Of a stretch of DNA of 64,000 bases, positions 10,462-23,800 are shown in pieces. The translations under genes and the position numbers were made by a program. This DNA is from Leucoraja erinacea (taxonomy: Eukaryota): NCBI RefSeq assembly GCF_028641065.1, contig NC_073400.1:29760001-29824000 (forward strand), written 5' to 3'. Numbering within the stretch: the stretch's first letter is position 1; every line of letters starts with the position of its first letter. The notes beneath the pieces were generated by a model that searched no databases, was not told the origin of the DNA, and saw only the letters and a list, made by a program, of their open reading frames with translations.

Positions 10462-11890
10462 AAACATTGAAACATAGACAATAGATGCAGGAGTAGGCCA
10501 TTCGGCCCTTTGAGGCTGATCACCCAAAATCAAGTTCAAGGTCACATTTATTGTCACATGCACCAATTAATGTACAGTGATATCAGTACCCCGTTTCATC
10601 TTTTCCCCCATATCCCTTGATTCCCTTAACCTTAGAGCTAAATCTAACTCTCTCTTGAATCCATCCTGTGAATTGGCCTCCATTGCCTTCAGTAGCAGAA
10701 AATTCCACAGATTCACAACTCCCTGGGTGAAAAATATTTCCCTCATCTCCGTCCGAAATGGCCTACCACTTATTTTTAAACTATAACCCCTGGTTCTGGA
10801 CTCCCCCCAACATTGAGAACATTTTTCCTGCATCTCACCTGTCCAATTCTCTAAGAATTTTATATGTTCCTCTAGATAACCTCTCATCCTTCTAACTTCC
10901 AGCGAATACAAGCACAGTCGAACCATTCTTTCATCATATGTCAGTCCCGGCATCCTGGGAATTAACCTGGCGAACATACACTGCACTCACTCAATAGCAA
11001 TAATGTCCTTCCTCAAATTAGGAGTCCAAAACTGGACACAATACTCCAGATGTGGTCTCACCAGGGCCCTGTCCAACTGCAGTAGAACTTCCTTGCTCCA
11101 AAACTCAAATCCTCTCACAATGATGGCAAACATGCCATTGGCTTTCTTCACTGCCTGCTGTACCAGCATGCTTACTTTCAATGACTGATGTACAAGCACA
11201 CCCAGATCTCGTTGCACCTCCCCTTCTCCTAATCTGACACCATTCAGATAATAATCTGCCTTACTGTTCTTGCCACCAAAGTGGTTAACCTCACATTTAT
11301 CTACATTATACTATAACTGCCATGCTTCTGCCCACTAACTCAACCTGTCCAAGTCACCCTGCATCCTCCTCGCAGCTCTCACTGCCACCCAGCTTTGTGT
11401 GATCCGCAAACTTAGTGATGTTACATTTAATTCCCTCGTCTAAATCATTAATATATATTGTAAATAAGTGGGGTCCCAGCACCGAGCCTTGCAGCACCGC
11501 ACTAGTCACTGCCTGCCATTCTGAAAAGAACCCGTTAATTCCTACCCTTAGCTTCCTGTCTGCCAACCAGTTCTCTATCCATGTCAATGCCCTACCCCCA
11601 ATACCATGTGCTCTAATTTTGCACACTAATCTTTTGTGTGGGACCTTGTCAAAGGCTTTTTGAAAGTCTAGATACTCCACATCCACTGGCTCTCCCTTAT
11701 CCATTCTACTTGTTACATCCTCAAAAAATTCCAAAAGATTAGTCAAGCATGATTTCCCCTTCATAAATCCATGCTGACTTTGACCGATCCTGACACTGCA
11801 TTCCAAATGCGCTGCTATAACATCCTTAATAATCGATTCCAGCATCTTCCCCACTACCGGTGTAAGACTAACTGGTCTATAATTCCTCGT
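10462..11890 (-). mobile_element. CR1 LINE 3' portion including reverse transcriptase domain (degenerate)
   Basis: NYRPVSLT...QHGFMKGKSCLTNL...YLDFQKAFDKVPH...QGSVLGP...KFADHTK, and downstream RPHLEYCVQFW; typical CR1 3' tail. Confidence 0.92.
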
Positions 11891-14539
11891 TTTCACATTC
11901 TCGAGTGGTCCCCGTAACCTTTGACTCTCTAGCCCTGAGTCAATCATGCTTACAATCCTCGCCATGTAAAGTTCTGCAATTGGAGCTCGCGTTCCTGGTC
12001 ACACTATGCTTGACACTTTCCCAGCATCGCTGACTTGCAGTAAATGATTGCATTCATTGCACAACCACCATTGTTACTCATACCAATAAAATATTGCCCA
12101 AAACTGCAAACCAAACCCAAACTATCCCATTGAAATTCAGGGCACAGTACTCTCTTTATTACTGAAAGGCCACTCAGCTGACACTGGCATTTCTAAGTTT
12201 GGTTTAGTTTAGAGGAACAGTGGGGGTGGAGGCCGGTTCTTTGGATACTTTCAAGAGAGAGCTAGATAGGGCTCTTAAAGATAGCGGAGTCAGGGGATGT
12301 GGGGAGTTGGCAGGAACGGGGTTCTGATTGGGGATGATCAGCCATGATCACATTGAATGGTGGTGCTGGCTCAAAGCGCCGAATGGCCTACTCCTGTACT
12401 GTCTATTGTCTATTGAAACAGGCCCTTCGGCCCACCAAGTCTGCGGCGACCAGCAATCCCCGCACACTAACACCATCCTACACATCAGGGACAATTTACA
12501 ATTATACCAAGCCCACTAGCCTACACGCCTGCCTGTCTTTGGAGTGAGGGAAGAAACTGGAGATCCTGAAGAAAACCCACACAGGTCACGGGGAGAACGT
12601 ACAAACTCCATACAGACAAGTACCCGTAGTTCGTTTCGTTGTCTCTGTACAAGTACCTGAATCTGAATCTGAGTTAGGATCGAACCCGGGTCTCTGGTGC
12701 TGTAAGGCAGCAACTCTACCACTGTGCCCCAAGATATTAAGATATCTCATGTTATTCCAAATCTGTCTACAGTGAGATACATGAGGACCTTCATACCTGG
12801 TCTACTCCATCCATGGAGGTCAAGATCACATTGACTCTCATCTTCCTAGTCGTAGGATTTGACCATCGTGCAGCACGTCTCGGCAGCATCAGAGAGATTA
12901 TCATGGTAATGTATTAGAATCATAGACTCATAGTTATATAGCACGGAAATAGACCCTTCACTCGTCCATGCTGACCAAAATGCCCCACCTGAGTAGTCCC
13001 ATTTAGCAGCATTTGATCCATATCCCTCTAAACCATTCCTATCCATGTACCTATCCAATTGTCTTTTAAATGTTGTAATAGTAGCTGCCTTAGCTAACTC
13101 CTTTGGCAGCTTGTTCTATATATCCACCACATTCTGAGTGGAAAGCTTGCCCCTCAGGTTCCTATTAAATCCCTCCCCCCTCAATTTAAACTTGTCCTCT
13201 GGATTTTGATTCCCCTTTTATTCTGGGTAAAAGACTCTGTGAATTAAATAGACAACCAGCCTCCACCGCCCTCTGAGGTAGAGAATTCCACAGACTCACC
13301 ACTCTCTGTGAGAAGCTCACCCTATCAATACCTACTGATGATTATATACACCTCTATAAGATCACCTCTTAGCATTCTGTGCTCCAAGGAATAAAGTCCT
13401 AGTTTATACAAATTTAGTTTAGTTTATCATTGACACATGGACCAAGGAACAAGAATTTTTTTTGTTGTTGCATGCTATCCAGTCAGCAAAAGGACTATAG
13501 GTGATTACAATCAAACCATCCACAGTACAGGTACAGGATAAAGGGAAATACTGTAGGTTCAGTGCAAGATAAAGTCCAGTAAAGTCCAATTAAAGATGGT
13601 GCAAGGGTCTCCAATGAGGTAGATGGTAGGTCAGGATCACTCTCTAGTTAGCAATAAGATGGTTCAGTTTCATGATAACATAAGGAAAGAAAGAAACTCC
13701 GTGAATCTGCTTGTGTGCGTTTTCAAACTTCTGTGCCTCTTGCCTGATGAGAGAGGGGAGAAGAGGGAATGGCCAGGGTGAGACTCATCCTCCTTGTAGC
13801 TCAGAACTTCGAGTCCTGGCAAAAATCCTGATAAATCTTCTCAGCACTCTTCCCAACCATGAAGGAATAATTTCAACTGTTTAGGAAGGAACTGCAGATG
13901 CCGGTATAAACCGAAGGTGGACACAAAAAGCCGGAGTAACTCAGCGGGTCAGACAGCATCTCTGGAGACAACCCCGTACGCTAGGACTATCCGACACACT
14001 AGGGACAATCTACAACTTAGCGAAGTCAGATAACCTACAAATCCACACGTCTTTGGATGGGGCGATAAGCCGGAACACCCGGAGAAAATCACGCGGTCAT
14101 GGGGAGAACGTACAAGCCCCGTACAGGCAGCACCCATAGAAACATAGAAACATCAAAAATACCTGCAGGAGTAGGCCATTCGGCCCTTCGAGCCTGCACC
14201 GCCATTCAATATGATCATGGCTGATCATCCAACTCAGTATTCTGCACCTGCCTTCTCTCCATACCACCTGGTCCCTTTGGCCACAAGGGCCACATCTAAC
14301 TCCCTCTTAAACATAGTCACAACTGAACCCAGGCCTCTGGTGCTGTAAGTCCAGCTAGTTGTGAAACAGGAGTCAATGTTCCTTATTCTACATTGGATTG
14401 CAAAGTATTACTTTTAAAAAGTGCATCTCCCAACACTGATCTTCAAGGAGGACAGGATTGGGATATGACCATGCAAGTTGTGGATACCCTCACTGGGAAT
14501 CTGCTACAGTTCAGCTTGTCTTCTGCCCAAACCTCTGCC

Positions 14540-14745
14540 AACCACAGTCCATCCCCCAAAGTGGAGCCGTTGACAATGTGCACGCAACAGATTGCAAAAC
14601 AGGATATGGGTCAAAGTTCCTTATTCTATGTTACATTGCAACGCGTTTGTTCATTCGTGAGGAAGTTTGCACACGGAGCAAGTGGTGAAATCAAACAAGA
14701 GCCAGTCGTGGACAGCACGAATTGGAGACCACTCCATCGGCAAAC
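14540..14745 (+). promoter_or_regulatory. Putative proximal promoter/5' UTR of receptor 2 with RUNX and PU.1/ETS motifs
   Basis: Repeat-free stretch upstream of the ATG, with AACCACA (RUNX) at 14540-14546 and GAGGAAGT (PU.1/ETS) at 14659-14666. Motif match only. Confidence 0.35.
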
Positions 14746-14809
14746 ATGGACCTCTCTCTCACTGTGACCACGATGTTTTATATTCTGCTGTTTCGGACTG
14801 TGACTTCAA
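14746..14809 (+). CDS. Receptor 2 leader (signal peptide) exon
   Basis: Good Kozak context aacATGG; encodes MDLSLTVTTMFYILLFRTVTS; phase-1 donor A|gtaagt matches the next exon. Confidence 0.75.
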
Positions 14810-17800
14810 GTAAGTTTTTCCACTTAAACCTGAGATGAACAGATTATTGATTAGTGCGGGTGTCAGGGGTTATGGGAGAAAGCAGGAGAATGGAGTTAGG
14901 AGGGAGAGATAGATCAGCCATGATTGAATGGCGGAGTAGACATGATGAGCCGAACAACCTAATTCTGCCCCATTAACTTATGGTCATGGAACCATAGCGT
15001 AGTTATATGTTAACGTGACGATTAGATCTTGTTATTTAAATCAGTGATGATACACTGCTGCTCAGCCAAAGGACCAGGAGCCGAGAAAGGAACCAACTAA
15101 CTTTACATTTTAGCAAGAGTTAAAATGAACTGTGGCAAGAGCACGGGGTTTAGCAGAGGATTTAAGAGACGTTCGGACTGGCACATGCATGTAAGAGGAA
15201 AAAGATACAAAGTGCTGGAGTAACTCAGCAGGTCAGGCAGCATCTCTAGAGAACATGGATATGTGATATTTTGAGCCGGGACCCTTCTTCAGACTGATTA
15301 TGGTGGGGGGGAGGGGGGTGGGGAGAATGCCCCGCTATCTCAATCAGTTTTTAAGAGTCGTTGGCAGGGGCAGATGGATATGCAGGGAATGGAAAGATAT
15401 GGATGATGAGCAGGCAGATATGGGTTGGTCGTGGCATCATGTTCAGCATGGCGATTGAGGGCCAAATGGCCTGTTCCTGTGCTGTGTTGTTCTATGCTTT
15501 TAGTGAAGATGCAGCACTGAAGATGTTTACAGTACAATCTTTCCTCGGATGCTGTCTTTGTGGAGTTTGTCTCCGTCGCCGTATGGGTTTCTTCCGGGAG
15601 CTCGAGTTTCCTCCCACCTCCCATTTCAGGATGAGAGGGACATTGAAACCTAACGAATAGTGAAAGGCCTGGTGATAGAGTGGGTGTGGAGAGGATGTTT
15701 CCACTGGTGGAAGAATCTAGGACCATGGTGCACAGCCTCAGAATAACAGGAAGTTTAGTTTAGTTTGGAGATACAGTGTGGAAACAGGCCCTTCGACCCA
15801 CCGAGTCCATGCTGACCAACGATCCCCGCACACTAGTTCTATCTGACACACTAGGAACGATTTTTACCAAAGCCAATTAACCTACAAACCTCCACGTTTT
15901 TGGAGTGTGGGAGGAAACCGGAGCGTCCGGAGAAAACCCACGCAGGTCACAGGGAGAACGTGCAAACTCCGTACAGACTGCACACGTACCCGGGTCTCTG
16001 GCGCTGTAAGGAAGCACCTCTACCGCTGCGCTACTGTCTTGCACCTGTTACTGTCCTGTACCTGTTAAGGGGGAGATTCTCATATTCTTGGTGAGCAGTA
16101 CGGGTGTCATGGGTTATTGTGTTGAGAGGGAGAGATAGATCAACCATTGGGGCAGACAATGAACTGAATGGTCTAAATGTTTTCCTATAACTTATGAACA
16201 TGAGATTATGTCCGGGGGGGGGAGGGGGTTATGGGAATATTTTGATGTAATTCTGTAACATTTCCAGCATTAAATTTCACCCGACAGGTTCCTTAGCAAA
16301 GCTTCCCTTGATGGTGATAAGAGCTGGCGAGGGAGAAACAGTGACCATAGAATGTCCACACGCTCAGAAAACAGGACCTGTCAGCTGGTGCAAAGTCTAT
16401 TCTCGAGAGGTATGCAATGTAATAGTCCACACTGAGAAAGAAGACAGTAGTGGAAGGATATCAATGAGAAGAGTCAATGGGTCTGTTTTTGTAACAAGTC
16501 AACTTCAGAAGAATGATACAGGAACATACTGGTGTGGAACAATTCAGGCAAATAAAATCCATGTTTCAGATATTGTCATGCTGGATGTTTTCACAGGTAA
16601 GAGATTTTCCGAAGATTTTAAGACCGATAATATGCTTCACAGATAATATACACTTGGACTGCGGTGCCATAATGAGCAGACTGATTGTTATGGAGAGGAG
16701 CTGCCCGTCCTGCTGAGTTACTCCAGCACTTTATACGTAGATTCCAGCATCTGCAGTTCCTTTTGTATACCGATTGTTAGCGGAGTTAACTTACAAAGGT
16801 GTGCAGGAAGGATGCTGGTTTACACCGAAGATAGACACAAAATGCTGGAGTAACTCAGCGGGATGGGCAGCATCTCGGGAGAAATGGAATATGTGACATT
16901 TTGGATCAATAGACAATAGACAATTGGTGGAGGAGTAGGCCATTTGGCCCTTTGTGCCAGCACCGCCATTCAATGTGATCATGGTTGATCATCCCCAATC
17001 AGTACCACGTTCCTGCCTTCTACCCATATCTCTTGACTCCACTATCTTCAAGAGCCCTATCTAGCTGTTTAAGGAATCCAGAGAACCGGCCTCCTCTACC
17101 CTCTGAGGCAGAGAATTCCACAGACTCACCACTCTGTGTGAAAAAGTGTTTCTCATCTCCGTTCTAAATGGCTTACCCCTTATTCTTAAACTGTGGTCCT
17201 TGGTTCTGGACTCCTCCAACATCGGGAACATGTTTCCTGCCTCTTGCGTGTCCAAACCCTTAACAATCTTATATGTTTCAATACGTTTTCCTCTCATCCT
17301 TCTAAATTCCAGATTATACAAGCCCAGCCGCTCCGGTTCGGGGCAATTCCTCAGACTGTCAGTAGGGAGATGGGGAAGAGCTGATGGAACTAGGGTGGAA
17401 GGGTGGAAGGGGGCAAGAGGGCAAGGGGGCAAGGGGGGAGGGGAGTGGAGTGTAATGCCCCTGTCCCACTTAGGAAACCTGAACGGAAACCTCTGGAGAC
17501 TTTGCGCCCCACCCAGGGTTTCCGTGCGGTTCCCGGAGGTTGCAGGTGGTTGCAGGAGGTTGCAGGTAGGGAGACTGACAAAAACCTCCGGGATTTAATG
17601 AGGATGCCTGCCACCCCGTGGCATAGCGGTAGAGTTGCCGCCTTACAGCCCCAGAGACCCGGGTTCGACCCTGACCATGGGTGCTGTCTGTACGGAGTTT
17701 GTACGTTCTCCCCGTGACCTTCGTGGGTTTTCCTCGGGTGCTCCAGTTTCCTCCCACACTCCAAAGTTTGTAGGTTAATTGGCTTCAGTAAAATTATAAC

Positions 17801-20800
17801 TCATCCCTAGTGTGTGTAGGAACGTGTTAATGTGCGGGGATCGCTGGTTGGTGCAGACTAGGTGGACTGTATCTTTAAACCAAAGTAAGGTTTGTGCATC
17901 CTTGGCTCTTCCCTACAAAAGCCAACAGTCAGCATCTCATACCCTTATTTTGTTTTAATTACAGCAGATTCACGGATACTAAACCGTACCACAGTCAAGG
18001 GCGTGATGGGCAATGCCACCACGATACACTGCCGGTACAAGGCCCAATTTAAAGCATATTGGAAATTCTTGTGTAAAGTCGTCTCTGTGAATAGTTGCAG
18101 CATCATAGCGACGCCTCACGACTACAACAGCAGCAAATTGTCAATCAGTGGGAACAAAGTCAACAACTTTGCCATCACGATCAGGCACACTGATGAAGGA
18201 GATGTGGGGGAATATTGGTGTGGGGCCAGGACACCAGTCGACTTTGAGATCTCACAGGTTCAAACCGTGATGTTTAAAGGTATAAATCAACATAAAATTA
18301 CAACGATTCAACATTTATGTAGAAATTCAGCATGCAAACGGTCTTTACTGATATTACCTTCCACGTATCTCTCTCCATTCTTGTAAGTTGTTGGAGTAGA
18401 ATTAGCCCATTCATCCCATCAAGTCGACCCTGCCATTCAATCATGGCCGACCTATATTTCCCTCTCAACCCCATTCTCCTGCCTTCTCCCCATAACCCCT
18501 TACACATGCACTAATCAAGAATCTCTCAATCTCTGCCTTAAAAATATCCATTGACTTGGCCTCCACAGCCTTCTAATTCTTCTCATCTCTCCCAACCACA
18601 TATCTTCGAAGCTTTCCCTAATATTCCTGATATTCACCCGAGTTTTACCTCCTTTCTAAGCTCTGATTGTGGAATGTATTACTAAATATTTCACTTATGT
18701 TTATTACTCTTAGACAGACTTTCTAATCCTCTTGTTAATATACATATTAATTGAATTGAAAGATGCAACATGGAAGCAGGCTCTTCGGCCCATCTAGTCC
18801 ATGCCAACCATCCATCATCCATTCACACTAGATTTATGTTATCCCAATTTTTGCATCTACTCCTTACAGACTAAAGGGCAATTTGCAGCATCTGCATTTC
18901 CTTGAGATTAAGTTATGTTGTGTTGTAATTGATATGAATTGGTATAATATGTTGATTTTAACAACCCACCTCAGGAACGATAACAAAACCAGGGGCACCA
19001 AGCAACAAAGCAAGGTAAGATTTCTGCAGTCATCCTCAATCTAATCATTATTTACCGATTGTTGTTGGTATTGGTTCAATACGTCATGTTTAGTTTAGAG
19101 ATAGAGTGCGGAAACAGGCCCTTCGGCCCACTGAGTCCGTACGGACCAGCGATTTCCGCACACTAACAGTATCCTAAACATACCAGGGACAAGTTACATT
19201 TATACCAAGCCAATATATTTATGCACGACTTTGGAGTGTGGGAGGAAACCGAAGATCTCGGAGAAAACCCACGCGGGTCACGGGGAGAACGTACAAAACT
19301 CCGTACAGACAGCGCCCGTGGTCAGGATCGAACCCGGGTCTCTGGCGCTGCGCCATTATGCCACCCCGTCTCTTATTCTAAACCAGCATCTGCAGTTCCT
19401 CGCATCTCGCTTCCAGTTTCACCCACATTCTAGTTTGTCAACACAAAGAACTGCAGAAGTTGGTGAATACAGAAAAGAATACAAAGTGCTGGAGTAACTC
19501 AACGGGTCAGGCAGCATCGCTGGAGAACATGGATGGGTGACCTTTCAGGTCAAAGCACTTCTTCAGATTCACGTTTCGGGTCGACACCCTTCTTTGATCT
19601 GAAGAAAGGTCTCAACCCGAAACATCACCTGTTCCCATTCTCCAGGGATGCTGCCCTGACCTGCTGAGCTACTCCAGCGCTTTGTGTCCTTCCTCATTCT
19701 GGTTCAATTTACTGTTAGAGATATTGTTCCTTGTCTCATTGAATGTTTCTCAATCCTGTTTTAATAGCGGCACCCCACAGATATGGCACATTATACTTCC
19801 ACTCGTGCTGGGACTATTGGTTGTAATAACGATAGTTCTACTTGTAAAAAAGAGGAAACAGTCACAAACTATCCCTCGTGAAAGTAAGTAGCCAACAAAA
19901 TATTTATTCTACAGTTAAAATGATAATGGAACAATAACTGCGTATGGATTTATTATTGTCGTGCAGTGAAAAAATGTCGTTTTGCATGTCACCCAGTCAA
20001 ATCACACTGAACACGTGTACGTGTAGGAAGGAACTGCAGATGCTGGTTTAAACCGAAGATAGACACAAAAAGCTGGAGTAACTCAACGGGACAGGCAGCA
20101 TCTCTGGTGAGAAGGAATGGGTGATGTTTCGAGTCGGATGTTTCAACCCATCTGAAGAAGGGTCTCGACCCAAAACGTCATCCATTCCTGCTCTCCAGAG
20201 ATGCTGCCTGTCCCGCTGAGTTACTCCAGCTTTTTTGTGTCTATCTATCTGTACACGAGTACATCAGGTTGTGCTTAAAATAATATGATGTTCCAGCGTC
20301 GGAGACAATGCAACTAAACATGTCCAAGGATTGCAAAGAGGCGTAAATTGCAATACATGTCTGTAAATTATCCCCAGTGTGAGGTTTAGTTTAGTTTAGA
20401 TTAGGGATACAGCGTGGAAACAGGCCCTTCGGCCCACTGGGTCTGCACCAACAAGCCATCCACTTACACTAGCACTATCCTATACAAACTAGGGACAATT
20501 TGCTATTTTACCAAGCCTATTAACCTACAGACCTGGAGACGTTTGAAGTGTGGGAGGAAACCGGAGTTCCCAGAGGAAACCCACGTAGGTCACGGGAAGA
20601 ATGTATAAACTCCGTACGGACAGCACCCATAGTTAGGATTGAACCTGGGTTTCTGGGCTGTGTAACCCCTGTGCCACTTAGGAAACCTGAACGGAAACCT
20701 CTGGAGACTTTGCGCCCCACCCAAGGTTTCCGTGCGGTTCCCGGAGGTTTTTGTCAGTCTTCCTACCTGCTTCCACTACCTGCAACCTCCGGCAACCACC

Positions 20801-23800
20801 TGCAACCTCCGGGAACCGCACGGAAGCCTTGGGTGGGGAGCAAAGTCTCCAGAGGTTTCCGTTCCGGTTTCCTAAGTGGGACAGCCAGGGAGGCAGCAAC
20901 TCTACCACTGCGCCACCGTGCATGACTGGTGTACGTGTGATCGCGGGCCGAAGGACTTGTTCCTGCTCTGTATCGCGAAACTAAACATGTTCCGTGCCAG
21001 TGATGGAAGGCCGGGACACCAGAGGCCAACGGGACATATTCCAAATAGTGTCGCTGGATGCTACACGCCCATCTGCAAGATATCGGCGAGACCCAGCGCA
21101 GACTGGGAGATCGTTTCGCTGAACACCTTCGCTCAGTCGGCGTTGACCCACGCAATCTCCCAGTTGCCATTAGATAACTCCCCTTCCCATTCCCACACTG
21201 ACCTTTCTGTCCCGGACCTCCTCCACTGTCAGAGTGAGGCCAAATGCAAATTGGAGGAACAGCGCCTCGTATTTCGTTTGGGCAACTTACACCCCAGTGG
21301 TATGAATATTGATTTCTCTAACTTCAAGTAACGTTTGCATTCCTTCTCTCTTCGTCTCTCCCCCAATCTGGTCATCGCACTAGTTTCACTGTCGTCCTGC
21401 TGAGATTCACTGTCTGTATCAATTAGGCAATAGGTGCAGGAGTAGGCCATTCGGCCCTTCGAGCCAGCACCGCCATTCAATGTGACCATGGCTGATCATC
21501 CCCAATCAATACCCCGTTCCTGCCTTCTCCCCATATACCCAGACTCCGCTATCTTTAAGAGCCCTATCTAACTCTCTCTTGAAAGTATCCAGAGAACCCG
21601 CCTCCACAGCCCTCTGAGGCAGAGAATTCCACAGACTCACAACTCTCTGTGTGAAAAAATGTTTCCTCATCTCCGTTCGAAATGGCTTACTCCTTATGCT
21701 TAAACAGTGGCCCCTGGCCCTGGACTCCCCCAACATCGGGAACATGTTTCCTGCCTCTAGCATTAACAATCTTATATGTTTCAATGAGAAACCCTCTCAT
21801 CCTTATGAACTCCAGAGTGTAAAAGCCTGCCCTTGCATGTCCAATCCCTTAATAATCTTATATGTTTCAATAAGATCCTCTCTCATTATCACTTTCCCCA
21901 CAGCCACCAATGGACCATTGTGGGCTCCACATTTCCTTGATCTGGCTGGCTTTGATCCGTCTTTTTACGAGCCTTTCATGCATTTATTCTGTGTACTTTT
22001 TCATATCTCTCGTTTCCCTCTCCCCTGACTCTCAGTCTGAAGTCAGGTTTCAGTGGTGGGTCTTGAACCCACATCCACGAGCGTCTCCTCAGTGTATGAG
22101 TGTGAAAAGGAAGTGGTACTCGGTTGCTGAGACCGGAAAGTAACATGTGGTTGCAGCTTCTGGTAAAGTGCTCGGTTGGTTAGAGGGGGGAGGGGGGGGG
22201 GGAGGGGGGAGGGGGGAGGGGGGAGCATGAGTGCGGAAGAGAGTGGGGAACTGAGATGTGTGTTGTGGTTCACATCTCATCACAAGCGGAACAAACCTAC
22301 TTCCAACCACATCCATCAAGACGCCCACCATCTCCTTGCTCCCCAGAGCTACAGTATTTATTTTAAAGAGAAACAGTGTGCAACCAGGGCCCTTGGCCCA
22401 CCGAGTCCACACCGACCAACACTCACCCACACACTAGTTCTATCCTACACATTAGGGACAATTTACAGAAGCTAATTCACCGACAAACCTGCACGACTTT
22501 GTAACGTGGGGGGAATAGATACAGCATGGAAACAGGCCATTGACCCATTGAATCCTCGTCAACCAGCGATCACCCCGGTACACGAGCACTATCCTACACA
22601 CCAGGGACAATGTACAATATTACAGGAGTCAATTAACCTACAAACTTGTACGTCTTTGGAGTGTGGGTGGAATCCGGAGCCCCCGTAGAAAACCCACATG
22701 GTTACAGGGAGAACATAGAAAATAGGTGCAGGAGTAGGCCATTCGGCCCTTCGTGCCTGCAACGCCATTCGATATGATCATGGCTGATCATCCAACTCAC
22801 TATCCCATCCCTGCCTTCTCTCCATACCCCCTGAATCCTTTAGCCACAAGGGCCACATCTAACACCCTCGTAAATATGAACTGGCCTCAACTACCTTCTG
22901 TGGCAGAGAATTCCACAGATTCACCACTCTCTGTGTAAAAAACGTATAAACTCCATACAGACAGCGCCCGTAGTCAGGATCGAACTCGGGTTTCTGGCAC
23001 TGTGAGGCAGCAACTCTACCATAGCTTTATGGCCAGCACTGCGGAGCAACATTCAAAGGAGACGTGCGGGGCAAGTGCGGGGAGAATCGGAGACTCCTGG
23101 AACGTGGTGCCACAGGTGGTGGTGGAGGCAGATACGATAGTGGCGTTTACGAGGCTTTTAGATAGGCACATGGATATGCAGGGAATGGATGGATGTGAAC
23201 CACTTGAAGGCAGAGGGGATCAGTTTAACCTGGCACCATGTCGAGGATACACAATGTGGGCCGAAGGGCCAAATCCAGCAAAAGGATTTGAGTATAAGAG
23301 CAAGTAGGTTCTTCTGCAGTTGTACAGGGTCTTGGTGAGACCACAGCTGGATTATTGCGTACAGTTTTGGTCTCGTAATCTGAAGAAATACATTCTTGCC
23401 ATAGAGAGAGTACAGAGAAGGTTCACCAGACTAATTCCTGGGATGTCAGGACTTTCATATGAAGAAAGACTGGATAGACTCGACGTACTCGCTAGAATTT
23501 AGAAGATTGAGGGGGATCTCATAGAAACTTACAAAATTCTTAAGGGGTTGGACAGGCTAGATGCAGGAAGATTGTTCCCAATGTTGGGGAAGATCAGAAG
23601 TAGGGGTCACAGTTTAAAGATAAGGGGGAAGTCTTTTAGGACCGAGATGAGAAAAACATTTTTCACACAGTGAATCTGTGGAATTCTCTGCCACAGAAGG
23701 TAGTTGAGGCCAGTCCATTGGCTATATTTAAGAGGGAATTAGTTGTGGCTAAAGGGATCAGGGGGCATGGAGAGAAGGCAGGTACAGGATACTGAGTTTG

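Noticed and set aside
11354-11965. 203-aa ORF with reverse transcriptase motifs as a host gene or novel RT system
   Set aside because: Ordinary decayed CR1 ORF2 (FADH in place of FADD, flanking frameshifts, 5'-truncated).
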